In this document: positions 42,933-52,355 of the stretch, piece after piece
Layout of the letters: the number at the start of each line of letters is the position of its first letter
How positions within the stretch are numbered: the first letter of the stretch is position 1
Assembly (NCBI GenBank): GCA_965247095.1
Contig: OZ251997.1
Coordinates: 2,176,001-2,240,000 of the forward strand
Length of the DNA: 64,000 nt
Reading direction: 5' to 3'
Source: Candidatus Multivorans sp.
GTDB lineage: Bacteria > Acidobacteriota > Thermoanaerobaculia > Multivoradales > Multivoraceae
Made by a program: the position numbers and the translations under genes
The notes under the pieces: model-generated
What the model was told of the DNA's origin: nothing
Seen by the model: the letters and a program-made list of their open reading frames with translations, nothing else
Databases searched by the model: none

Positions 42933-45900
42933 CTACATGCTGCGGCGGTATTCGCCGCCAACCCGATACAGCGCGTCCGAGATCTGACCGAGCGAGCAGT
43001 GCTTCACCGACTCCATCAGCTCCTCGAACACGTTGCCGCGCCGCCGCGCCACCTCCTGTAGTTGCGCCAGGGAGGCATCGGAGTTCTCGCCGTGGCTGCG
43101 GTGGAAGGCGGCCAGGCTGTCGATCTGCTGCTGCTTCTCGTCGTCCGTCGAGCGGATGAGTTCCGCCTCGACGGTCTCCGCGAACTCCTGGCCCTCAGCC
43201 AGGAACGTGTTGACGCCGACCACCGGCAGGCTGCCGTCGTGCTTCTTCGCCTCGTACTCCATGCTCTCGTCCTGGATCTTCGAGCGCTGGTACATCGTGT
43301 CCATCGCCGCCAGCACGCCGCCGCGCTCGGCCAGGCGATCGAACTCCAGATAGACCGCCTCTTCGACCGCGTCGGTGAGCTGATCGAACGCGAAGGACCC
43401 CTGCCAGGGATTCTCGCTCCGGTTGAGCCCGAACTCCCGGTTGATGATCATCTGGATCGCCAGCGCCCGGCGCACCGACTGCTCGGTGGGCGTCGTGATC
43501 GCCTCGTCGAACGCGTTCGTGTGCAGGGAGTTGCAACGGTCGAGGATGCCGTAGAGCGCCTGCAGCGTGGTGCGGATGTCGTTGAACTGGATCTCCTGCG
43601 CGTGCAACGAGCGGCCTGAGGTCTGGATGTGGTACTTCAGCATCTGGCTGCGGGCCGAGGCGCCGTAGCGTTCGCGCATCGCCCGCGCCCAGATGCGGCG
43701 GGCCACCCGGCCGATCACCGCGTACTCGGGGTCCATGCCGTTCGAGAAGAAGAACGAGAGGTTGGGCGCGAAGTCGTCGATCTCCATGCCCCGAGCCAGG
43801 TAGTACTCGACGATCGTGAAGCCGTTGGCGAGCGTGAACGCCAACTGGGTGATCGGGTTCGCGCCGGCCTCGGCGATGTGGTACCCGCTGACCGAGGCGC
43901 TGTAGTAGTTGCGGACGTTGTGGTCGATGAAGTACTGCTGGACATCGCCCATCATCCGCAGCGAGAACTCGGTCGAGAAGATGCAGGTGTTCTGCGCCTG
44001 GTCCTCCTTGAGGATGTCGGCCTGGACGGTGCCCCGGACCCGGCTCAGAGCCGCCGACCGGATCCGCTCGTAGACCTCGCGCTCGACCACCTCGTCGCCC
44101 GAGATGCCGAGGAGCGCCAGCCCCACGCCGTCACTGCCTTCCGGCAGTTCGCCCCGATAGACCGGAACGTCGCCTTCGTGGCGGCGGTCGATCTCGGCGC
44201 GCGCGCGCTCGAGCCCGACCGTCTCCCGCAGGTGACGCTCCACCTGCTGGTCGATCGCGGCGTTCATGAAGAAGGCGAGGATGGTCGGCGCCGGGCCGTT
44301 GATCGTCATCGACACCGAGGTCGCCGGATCGCACAGGTCGAAACCCGAGTACAGCCGCTTGATGTCGTCGACGGTGGCGATCGAAACCCCCGAGTTGCCG
44401 ACCTTGCCCCAGATGTCGGGCCGGACCCCCGGGTCCGAGCCGTAGAGCGTGACCGAGTCGAACGCGGTCGACAGCCGGTTGGCCGGCTGCCCGCGCGACA
44501 CGTAGTGGAAGCGGCGGTTCGTGCGTTCCGCGATCCCCTCGCCCGCGAACATCCGCGTCGGTTCCTCAGAGCGGCGCCGGTACGGATAGACGCCGGCGGT
44601 GTACGGATAGGCGCCCGGCAGGTTGTGCTTCGAGAGGAAGCGCAGCAGGTCGCCCCAGTCCGAGTACTCGGGCAGCGCCAGCTTCGGCATCCGCAGATGA
44701 CTCAGGGTCGTGACGTAGTTGTCGCCGGTGACCTCGCGCCCGCGGACGGGGTAGCTGTAGCGTTCCGAGCGGGCAGCCGCCGCACGTTCGGGCCACTGTC
44801 GCAGGAGTTCGGCGGCCTCGCCGCCGACTCCCCCGAGAGCGTCCTGGTAGCGCCGGCGCAGGCGCAGGACGCTCTCGTCGGGCGCCGTCTCGAGCGCTCC
44901 GTCGGCAAACGCCGCGAGCGGTTCGGGAAGCTCCGGATCGTCCAGTTCGGCCAACGCCCGGTAGCAGCTCTGTGCTCTCTGGGCGGCCGCCGATCGGCGC
45001 TCGATATCCGCTTCCGCCCCACGCGCGGCCTCCGCGATCTCCGCCAGGTAGCGGCTGCGGTTGTCGGGGATCAGGACGGCAGCACGCGGCTCGCGCTCGT
45101 CCAGGTCGATCTCCGGCGTCCAGGCCGCCTCGTCCAGGTCGAGCCGCTCCCGCAACTGCCGGCAGACGTTCCAGAACATCCAGTTGACGCCGGGATCCTG
45201 GAACTGGCTGGCGATCGTCGGGTAGACGGGCACGTCCTCGTCGGCGGTCTGGAAAGCCAGCCGGTTGCGGCGCCACTGCTTGCGCACGTCGCGGAGTGCG
45301 TCCTGGGCGCCCCGGCGATCGAACTTGTTCAGCACGATGACATCGGCGAAGTCGAGCATGTCGATCTTCTCGAGCTGACTGGCCGCCCCGTAGTCCGAGG
45401 TCATCACGTAGACCGACAGGTCGACCAGATCGACGATCTCACTGTCGCTCTGACCGATGCCCGCGGTCTCGACCAGGACCAGGGAAAACCCGGAGGCCTT
45501 GAGCAGAGCGATCGCGTCGCCCAGCACCTCGCTGGTGGCGAGATGCTGCCGGCGCGTCGCCATCGAGCGCATGAACACCCGGTCGCTGCGCAGGCTGTTC
45601 ATGCGAATGCGGTCGCCGAGCAGGGCGCCGCCGGTGCGCCGCCGCGTCGGGTCCACCGCGAGGACGGCGATCCGCATCCCGTCTCCGGTTGACGGGAAGC
45701 ACTCCACGAAGCGGTTCAGCAGCTCGTCGGCGACGCTGCTCTTGCCCGAGCCGCCGGTGCCGGTGAGCCCCACCACCGGTACCCCGGCGCCGGCGAGTTG
45801 CCACTCCTTGCGCAGCCGTCGCAGCTCGGACTCGTCCACCGCGCCGCGCTCGGTCGCCGACAGCAGCCGGGACAGGTCGCCGTCGCCGCCGGGGTCCGAG

Positions 45901-46397
45901 GCCACCCGCACGCGGAACCGCGGCTCGGGCGCGGCCCGGCGCTTCGCATGCGCCCGCTCGACGACATCGTCGATCATCGCCGGCAGGCCCATCCTCAACC
46001 CGTCGTCCGGGTGGTAGATGCGCTCGACGCCGTAGGCCTGCAGCTCCGCGATTTCCCCGGGCGTGATCGTGCCGCCGCCGCCGCCGAAGACCAGCACGTG
46101 ACCGGCGCCCTCCTCCGCCAGACGATCGATCATGTAGCGGAAGAACTCCATGTGGCCGCCCTGGTACGAGCTGATGGCGATCGCGTCGGCGTCTTCCTGC
46201 ACGGCCGCGCGCACGATTTCGTCGACGCCGCGGTTGTGGCCCAGGTGAATGACCTCGGCGCCACGGTCCTGGATCATCCGCCGCATGATGTGGATCGCCG
46301 CGTCGTGACCGTCGAACAGCGACGCCGCGGTCACGAAGCGCAGCGGACTCGCATCCCGGTCGGGACGAAGACTGCGCCTTGGTTCGGGTGTGGTCAT
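42933..46397 (-). CDS. icmF: Fused isobutyryl-CoA mutase / MeaB-type GTPase
   Basis: B12-binding SLFDGHDAAI, P-loop GTGGSGKSS, ETAGIGQSD, NKFD, and mutase domain RLSTAFDSVTLYG and GTVQADILKEDQAQN. Confidence 0.95.
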   Translation of the reverse strand: MTTPEPRRSLRPDRDASPLRFVTAASLFDGHDAAIHIMRRMIQDRGAEVIHLGHNRGVDEIVRAAVQEDADAIAISSYQGGHMEFFRYMIDRLAEEGAGHVLVFGGGGGTITPGEIAELQAYGVERIYHPDDGLRMGLPAMIDDVVERAHAKRRAAPEPRFRVRVASDPGGDGDLSRLLSATERGAVDESELRRLRKEWQLAGAGVPVVGLTGTGGSGKSSVADELLNRFVECFPSTGDGMRIAVLAVDPTRRRTGGALLGDRIRMNSLRSDRVFMRSMATRRQHLATSEVLGDAIALLKASGFSLVLVETAGIGQSDSEIVDLVDLSVYVMTSDYGAASQLEKIDMLDFADVIVLNKFDRRGAQDALRDVRKQWRRNRLAFQTADEDVPVYPTIASQFQDPGVNWMFWNVCRQLRERLDLDEAAWTPEIDLDEREPRAAVLIPDNRSRYLAEIAEAARGAEADIERRSAAAQRAQSCYRALAELDDPELPEPLAAFADGALETAPDESVLRLRRRYQDALGGVGGEAAELLRQWPERAAAARSERYSYPVRGREVTGDNYVTTLSHLRMPKLALPEYSDWGDLLRFLSKHNLPGAYPYTAGVYPYRRRSEEPTRMFAGEGIAERTNRRFHYVSRGQPANRLSTAFDSVTLYGSDPGVRPDIWGKVGNSGVSIATVDDIKRLYSGFDLCDPATSVSMTINGPAPTILAFFMNAAIDQQVERHLRETVGLERARAEIDRRHEGDVPVYRGELPEGSDGVGLALLGISGDEVVEREVYERIRSAALSRVRGTVQADILKEDQAQNTCIFSTEFSLRMMGDVQQYFIDHNVRNYYSASVSGYHIAEAGANPITQLAFTLANGFTIVEYYLARGMEIDDFAPNLSFFFSNGMDPEYAVIGRVARRIWARAMRERYGASARSQMLKYHIQTSGRSLHAQEIQFNDIRTTLQALYGILDRCNSLHTNAFDEAITTPTEQSVRRALAIQMIINREFGLNRSENPWQGSFAFDQLTDAVEEAVYLEFDRLAERGGVLAAMDTMYQRSKIQDESMEYEAKKHDGSLPVVGVNTFLAEGQEFAETVEAELIRSTDDEKQQQIDSLAAFHRSHGENSDASLAQLQEVARRRGNVFEELMESVKHCSLGQISDALYRVGGEYRRSM

Positions 46398-46460
46398 GCT
46401 ACGGTGCGCTCGCCAAAAACGCCTGCTGGAAGTCTATCGCCGCCGGGAAGGACGTCACCC

Positions 46461-47105
46461 TTGAACGTTTCGCATGCCCTTTCCACCCTGGCCAGCCTGG
46501 CTGGCCTCCTCCTGGCGGTATCGCCTGCCGCGTCGCAGCAAGAGGCGGCCTCGAATCCGGACGACTCCAGCGCGGCGGTCCGGGAACGAGCCGAGGCCTC
46601 AGCCGCGGCCCGGCGGGAACAACTGCGCCGCTTCCGCTACGGCAACCTCGCCGAGATCGAGTTGAGCGGCAAGAAGGTGAAGGTCTCTTACGCCGATCTG
46701 GCGACGGACAGCGACGACTACCGCGCCTTCGAGGCTCTGCAGGCCGGCGAGGTCTCCGCCTGGCAGAGCGCCAAGGCGATCAAGCTCATCGCCCATGTCT
46801 CGCTCTCATTCCGCGACGTCACCGTGCCCTACGGCAATCACTCCCCGGACTACCCCGGCGTCTACAGCCTGTGGCCCAAGCGCACCGCGGACGGCTGGCG
46901 CCTGGTCTTCAACTCCGAGGGCGACATCTGGGGCACCCAACGCGACCCGGCCGCGGACGCGGCGGAAGTGCCTCTCGAGCATTCCCGGGCCGACGAACCC
47001 ACCGAGAAGCTGACGGTCGAATTCCTGGAGGTCTCGCCCGGCGCAGTTCTTCGTATCGCCTGGGGCGACCACCAGTTCCTGGCGGCGCTCGAAGCGGCGC
47101 CGTAG
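46461..47105 (+). CDS. Secreted DUF2911-like protein
   Basis: Signal peptide from TTG 46461; GVYSLW..W.LVFN..IWGTQ.DP and LRIAWGD motifs. Confidence 0.6.
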   Translation: MNVSHALSTLASLAGLLLAVSPAASQQEAASNPDDSSAAVRERAEASAAARREQLRRFRYGNLAEIELSGKKVKVSYADLATDSDDYRAFEALQAGEVSAWQSAKAIKLIAHVSLSFRDVTVPYGNHSPDYPGVYSLWPKRTADGWRLVFNSEGDIWGTQRDPAADAAEVPLEHSRADEPTEKLTVEFLEVSPGAVLRIAWGDHQFLAALEAAP

Positions 47106-47114
47106 CCGGAGCTG

Positions 47115-48443
47115 CTACGCCTTCGTGATTCCCGGCACCGCGACCGCGTAGCGGCCGTTCTCGTCCGGCACCGTCGGCGGGGCAGCGTCCCAGGCGTAGG
47201 TCGCCGGCGCCAGTGACACGTCCGACCCGATCGCTTCCTTCCAGGTGATCTTCTTGCCGGTGTAGGTCGCCATGCGGCCCATGACCGAGGTCATCGTCGC
47301 GATCGCGCCCCGCTTCGCTTCGTTGAACGGCTTGTCCTCGCGGATCGCCTCGAACAGGCGGTCGTGCTCGACCTGGTAGGGGTTCTTCTCGTCCTCCGGC
47401 TCCCGGTGATTCCACCCGCCCGGCGCTTCGATCAGCCCCGAAGCCAGGCTCGCCTTGCCCTTGCTGCCGTGGGCGTACTCAGCGACCTCGTCCCAGCAGT
47501 TCTGGATGTGCCGGCACTGGCTCAGCATCACCGCGCCGTCGTCGTAGGTGTACTCGACGAAGTGGTGATCGAAGATCTCGCCGTGGTCCGGACCGTTGCG
47601 CCACTGGCGTCCGCCCTGACCCTGGGCCTCGACCGGATGTCCGCCCTTGACCCAGTTGCCGACGTCGATGTTGTGGATGTGCTGCTCGACGATGTGGTCG
47701 CCGCAGAGCCAGTTGAAGTAGTACCAGTTGCGCATCTGGTACTCCATCTCGGTCTGCTCCGGCTTGCGCGCCCGCACCCAGACGCCCGAGCCGTTCCAAT
47801 AGACGCGCAGCGCCACGACATCGCCGATCGCGCCGTCGTGAATGCGCCGAATCGTCTCGTTGTACATCGCGCTGTGATGGCGCTGCAGGCCGACGCCGAC
47901 CTTGAGGCCGGCCTCCTTGGACGCCTTGGCGGCCTTGAGCACGCGTCGCACACCCGGCGCGTCGACCGCCACCGGCTTCTCCATGAACACATGCTTGCCC
48001 TGCTCGACCGCGTACTCGAAGTGCTCGGGCCTGAAACCCGGCGGGGTCGCCAGGATGACGACATCGACGCCGGAGTCGATGACCTTCCGGTAGGCGTCGA
48101 AGCCGGCGTAGCGGTTCTCGGCCGGCACCTGGAGGCGCTTGCCGTTCTCCAACGAACCGCCCTCACCAAGTTCGGCCAGGTGCCCGTAGCAGGTATCCAC
48201 CCGGTCCTCGAACGCATCGGCCATCGCCACGAGTTCAACCGGACCCGTAGTCGAAAGAGCCTGCGCCGCGGCGCCCGTGCCGCGACCGCCGCAACCGATC
48301 ACGCCGATCCGAAGCGTCGCGTCACCGCGTGCCCGCCCCACGTCCGATGTCGTGTTCGCTGCCGCGGTGGCGCCGCCGACTCCGCCGGCAAGCAGGGCCG
48401 CCGAAGCCCCCGTGATGAAACTGCGCCTGGAGGTTCCGTCCAT
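47115..48443 (-). CDS. Tat-exported Gfo/Idh/MocA oxidoreductase
   Basis: SRRSFI Tat motif, IGCGGRGTGA, ATPPGFRP, FMEKPVA and GDHIVEQHIHNID. Confidence 0.92.
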   Translation of the reverse strand: MDGTSRRSFITGASAALLAGGVGGATAAANTTSDVGRARGDATLRIGVIGCGGRGTGAAAQALSTTGPVELVAMADAFEDRVDTCYGHLAELGEGGSLENGKRLQVPAENRYAGFDAYRKVIDSGVDVVILATPPGFRPEHFEYAVEQGKHVFMEKPVAVDAPGVRRVLKAAKASKEAGLKVGVGLQRHHSAMYNETIRRIHDGAIGDVVALRVYWNGSGVWVRARKPEQTEMEYQMRNWYYFNWLCGDHIVEQHIHNIDVGNWVKGGHPVEAQGQGGRQWRNGPDHGEIFDHHFVEYTYDDGAVMLSQCRHIQNCWDEVAEYAHGSKGKASLASGLIEAPGGWNHREPEDEKNPYQVEHDRLFEAIREDKPFNEAKRGAIATMTSVMGRMATYTGKKITWKEAIGSDVSLAPATYAWDAAPPTVPDENGRYAVAVPGITKA

Positions 48444-48550
48444 GGTATCTCCCCGCACCCTGCCGGGTGCCGTCGTCGCCGATCCGCATCGGTCGAGCCC
48501 TGTTTCCTGATCGCAATACTCTAGCGGAGCCTCCGCTACCATCCGCCGCC

Positions 48551-48829
48551 ATGAACGACCTCGAAACGCTCCGCTTCGAACTGGCCGACAACGTCGCCCG
48601 GGTGACCTTCAACCGGCCCGACGCCGGCGCCGGGTTCTCGGTCGCCTCCGGCCCGACCTGGGCGTTCGGCGCCGCGAAGGAACTCGTCATGCGCTCGTTC
48701 TCTGAAGACCTCGAGTCGCAGATGGAGTTCGAGTCGCAGGCCATCGCCGACTCGGCCCGAACCGAGGACGCCGCGGAGGGCATCGCGGCCTTCTTCGAGA
48801 AACGCCGGGCAACCTTCCGTGGCCGCTGA
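48551..48829 (+). pseudogene. Enoyl-CoA hydratase/isomerase remnant with in-frame internal deletions
   Basis: 92 aa made of N-terminus (VARVTFNRPDAG), mid motif AGFS and C-terminus (ASGPT..AKEL...EDAAEGIAAFFEKRRATFRG). Most of the crotonase core is missing. Confidence 0.8.
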
Positions 48830-49931
48830 GGCCGTTCCGGTGCTGAAGGGGCTCCCGATCCTGGTCGCGCTGGTCGTCGCCGCGGTCCAGGAACCGGGCG
48901 CCGGGCGGTATCCGGACATGCCGCCGGGCCGGCCGCCGGCTGTCGATGCGCCGGCCGCCGTCGCGGCGACGCAGGCCGACATGCAGCCCTACCGGGAGCG
49001 GATCGTCGGTACCGGCGCCGACGGCGGCGAAATGAAGCTCGACATGGCGCCGGCGCCGGGCGGCGAGTTCCGGCTCGGGAGCCCGGAAAGCGAGCCCGGG
49101 CGTGGCGAGCTGGAGTCCCCGAGGCGCCGGGTGCGGGTCGGTCCCTTCTGGATGGCGACTCACGAGACGACCTGGGACCTCTACCGCGTGTTCATGTTCG
49201 ACACCGACCGCGGCGGCGACGAACCCGCAGCCGCCTGGGCCGACGCGGTGAGCAGACCCACACCGCCCTACCGGCCGATGGACTTCGGCATGGGCGTCGA
49301 CGGGTTTCCGGCGATCTCGATGACCCAGTTCGCGGCCCGGCAGTTCACGAAGTGGCTGTCGATGAAAACCGGCCGCTTCTACCGGCTGCCGACCGAGGCC
49401 GAGTGGGAGTACGCCTGCCGCGCCGGCAGCGACACCGCGTGGTCGTTCGGCGACGACGAAGCGGAGATGGACCGCTTCGCCTGGCATGCCGGCAACAGCG
49501 ACCGCCGCTACAGGAAGGTCGCGCAGCTCGAACCGAACGCCTGGGGCCTCTTCGACCTGCACGGCAATGTGGCCGAATGGACCCTCGACGCCTACGCGGA
49601 CTACGCCGCACGGGGCGAGGGCGAGATCCTGACCGACCCGATCGCCTGGCCGGTCAAGGAGTTTCCTCGCAGCGTCCGCGGCGGCTCGTGGCAAGACCAG
49701 CCGGCCGCGCTTCGCTGTGCCGCCCGCCGCGGCTCCCAGCTCTCCTGGAAGCGGATGGACCCCCAGATCCCGCAAAGCGTCTGGTACCACACGAACGCCC
49801 GCTTCCTCGGCTTCCGCGTGGTGCGGCCGCTGACCGAACCCCCCGTGGAGGAGCAGGCGAAGTACTGGGCGCCGGACCTGGACTCCGTGCGCCGGATCGT
49901 CGACCGCCAGAGGCGCGGCGAGCGCGACTGA
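48819..49931 (+). CDS. FGE-sulfatase/SUMF1-fold protein (non-catalytic type)
   Basis: FRLGSP, YRLPTEAEWEYACRAG, NAWGLFDLHGNVAEW, RGGSW and GFRVVR. Confidence 0.88.
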   Translation: MAAEAVPVLKGLPILVALVVAAVQEPGAGRYPDMPPGRPPAVDAPAAVAATQADMQPYRERIVGTGADGGEMKLDMAPAPGGEFRLGSPESEPGRGELESPRRRVRVGPFWMATHETTWDLYRVFMFDTDRGGDEPAAAWADAVSRPTPPYRPMDFGMGVDGFPAISMTQFAARQFTKWLSMKTGRFYRLPTEAEWEYACRAGSDTAWSFGDDEAEMDRFAWHAGNSDRRYRKVAQLEPNAWGLFDLHGNVAEWTLDAYADYAARGEGEILTDPIAWPVKEFPRSVRGGSWQDQPAALRCAARRGSQLSWKRMDPQIPQSVWYHTNARFLGFRVVRPLTEPPVEEQAKYWAPDLDSVRRIVDRQRRGERD

Positions 49932-49936
49932 ATTCG

Positions 49937-51064
49937 CTACTCGGGAACCTCGACCGCGAGCCGCAGCGTCGGGTGCGTCTCAGGCGCCACGATGGCGTTC
50001 AACACGGCGAAGGACAACTCGAAGTCCGAAGGGTTCTCCCCGGTCACACTGAGCTCCACCGTTCCGTGCGGCGGCACGTTGATTGTGGCGCCATGATCGT
50101 AGAAGCGCTGCGGGCCAACGCTCAGGAGATCGAACGACGCGTCGGAACGGTTCGCCAGCGTCACCGTCAGCACGCTGCCTTCCCGATACCTGACGTTCGA
50201 TACCTTCAGGGACGCTTCCAGCAGGGGCACGACGACATCCTCCCGTCCGATCAGCTCGTTGTCCTTCCATGCAGCCGTGCGGTTCGCATGCAGCGCCTCC
50301 CGGATCGACTCCGCCGTCCGCTCCTCGGCCAGCACCACGGTCGCCGTTCTGTGCCCGCCGCCGTGGACGTCGTAGTCCCAGTCGATCAGGCCGTGGACGT
50401 CACTCACGCCGAGAATGGCGAGGTCGTAGTCGAGGGCAATCTGGAACGCTTCGGCCGAGTAGGTGTGTTCGTTCGCGACCTCGATCCCGTGCAGCAGTCC
50501 GTCCGCGATCAACCGGCGGTGCATGTCCGTGAGCCTGGCCACTCCGTCCGACCTCTGAGGAATCCAGTTGGGGTGGTTCCAGAACACGAAGGCGTCCTGC
50601 CGGTTCGCCTCCTCGAACACTTCCATCACGTCGGCCTTGAGCAGCGCGTTCGCGTCGCTCAGGAAAACCGCGTTGACGTGGCCGGGCGGCATCTCCCGGG
50701 AGATCTCCGCGCCGTTGACCACGATCACCTCGGGAGCATTCTCGCCCGAGTACTCGGCCGCGACCGCGAACGAGCGATTGCGGTCAGGGTTCGGCACATC
50801 CGCGGCGCGGGGCTGGTGCTCCAGGTGTTCGGTCACGGCGAGCAGGGCGAGACCGTCCCGATCAGACTCCTGGACCCGGATGACGGGCCACACCGAACCG
50901 TCCGAGAACACGGAATGCGTGTGCAGGTCGACGGCGAGCGTGCGGTAGCCGCCCACATCCGGAAACTCGATGGCGCGCCTCTGAGCACCGGCCGGCGTCG
51001 CCGGCGTCACCGCCACCAGGGACAGGGCCAGCGCGACACCAGCCCCGCTCACCCGTTCGTTCAT
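49937..51064 (-). CDS. PHP-domain (Sb-PDE-like) secreted phosphodiesterase, paralog 2
   Basis: DLHTHSVFSDG, TEHLE, PGHVNA, WNHP and SDVH; signal peptide; ATGA coupling. Confidence 0.85.
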   Translation of the reverse strand: MNERVSGAGVALALSLVAVTPATPAGAQRRAIEFPDVGGYRTLAVDLHTHSVFSDGSVWPVIRVQESDRDGLALLAVTEHLEHQPRAADVPNPDRNRSFAVAAEYSGENAPEVIVVNGAEISREMPPGHVNAVFLSDANALLKADVMEVFEEANRQDAFVFWNHPNWIPQRSDGVARLTDMHRRLIADGLLHGIEVANEHTYSAEAFQIALDYDLAILGVSDVHGLIDWDYDVHGGGHRTATVVLAEERTAESIREALHANRTAAWKDNELIGREDVVVPLLEASLKVSNVRYREGSVLTVTLANRSDASFDLLSVGPQRFYDHGATINVPPHGTVELSVTGENPSDFELSFAVLNAIVAPETHPTLRLAVEVPE

Positions 51065-52269
51065 TCGACGGGGCTCGCCGGAGCGACCTCCACATCCAGC
51101 CGCAGGGTCGGGTGCGTTTCCGGCGCCACAATCGCGTTCAGCACTTCGAACGCCATCTCGAAGCTCGTGCGGGATTCGCCGCTGATCGCCAGGTCGAGGT
51201 CGCTGTGCGGCTCGATCCGCATCACCGACGGCGGACCATTGAAGCGGTGGCCACTCACAACACGCAGATCGAAGGCGGCGTCCGACACGTTGGAGAGCCT
51301 GATGTCGATCAACTCGTCGTCCTCGCTGCGTTCGACCTTCGTCAGCAGGAGCGAAGCCTCGATCAGCGGCACCAGAACGTCCTCCCGCCCGATCAGCCAG
51401 TTGGCCAGCCAGGCCACGGTGCGGTTCGCGTGGAGCGCCTGCTTGATCGACTCCGCGCTTCGCTCCTCGGCGAACGCCAGGGTCACCGTGCGGTGGTCGC
51501 CCTCGTGGATGTCGTACTCCCAGTCGATCAGGCCGTGAATGTCCGAGACGCCGAGGATCGCCAGATCGAGGTCCAGTGCGATCTGCAGGGCCTCGGCCGA
51601 ATAGAAGTCCCCGTTCGCCACCTCGATGCCGTGGAGCAGACCGTCGGCGACGAGCCCCCGATGCATGTCGGTCAGTCTCGCCACGCCGTCCGGGCGCTGC
51701 CGGGGCCAGTTCGGGTGATTCCAGAACACGAAGGCGCCCTGCCGGTTGGCCTCCTCGATCCCCTGCTGCGCCTCCCGCTCGCTCGCTTCCTGCTCCGCGG
51801 CCGTGGAGGGCCGGAGGCGAGTCATGTAGTCCACCCCGCCGGTCCTCACCAGGAGCGCGTTCGCATCCGTGATGAACACGGCGTTGACGTGGCCGGGCGG
51901 CATGCTGCGGGTGATCTCCGCGCCGTTGACCACGATCACCTCCGACTCCTCCTCCGCGGCGTACTCGCTGGCGACGACGTAGGACCGGTTCCTGTCCGGG
52001 TGCGGGATGTCCTCCCGCCGCGGCTGGTACTCCAGGTGTTCGGTGACCGCCATCAGCGTGAGCCCGTCCCGCTCGGACTCCTGCATGCGGATGACCGGCC
52101 ACACCATGCCGTCCGAGAACACGGAATGCGTGTGCAGATCGACTGTGAACGTGCGGTAGCCGTCGACATCGGGGAACTCGATGGCTCGCTCCTGCGCCGA
52201 GGCGGCCGACGCAGCCGCCAGGACCGCAACGGAGAGGATGAGTGTCCATGTGGCCCGTCGATTCGTCAT
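51061..52269 (-). CDS. PHP-domain (Sb-PDE-like) secreted phosphodiesterase, paralog 1
   Basis: Same PHP motifs; signal peptide; GAGG RBS before ATG 52269. Confidence 0.85.
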   Translation of the reverse strand: MTNRRATWTLILSVAVLAAASAASAQERAIEFPDVDGYRTFTVDLHTHSVFSDGMVWPVIRMQESERDGLTLMAVTEHLEYQPRREDIPHPDRNRSYVVASEYAAEEESEVIVVNGAEITRSMPPGHVNAVFITDANALLVRTGGVDYMTRLRPSTAAEQEASEREAQQGIEEANRQGAFVFWNHPNWPRQRPDGVARLTDMHRGLVADGLLHGIEVANGDFYSAEALQIALDLDLAILGVSDIHGLIDWEYDIHEGDHRTVTLAFAEERSAESIKQALHANRTVAWLANWLIGREDVLVPLIEASLLLTKVERSEDDELIDIRLSNVSDAAFDLRVVSGHRFNGPPSVMRIEPHSDLDLAISGESRTSFEMAFEVLNAIVAPETHPTLRLDVEVAPASPVE

Positions 52270-52355
52270 GTCGGATTCCTCGCCTGGTTGGGGATTGGAT
52301 GGGAAGTCGCTGCCGAGGATAGCCGCCGCAAGCGGCTCGCCGATCGACCCTGGCG

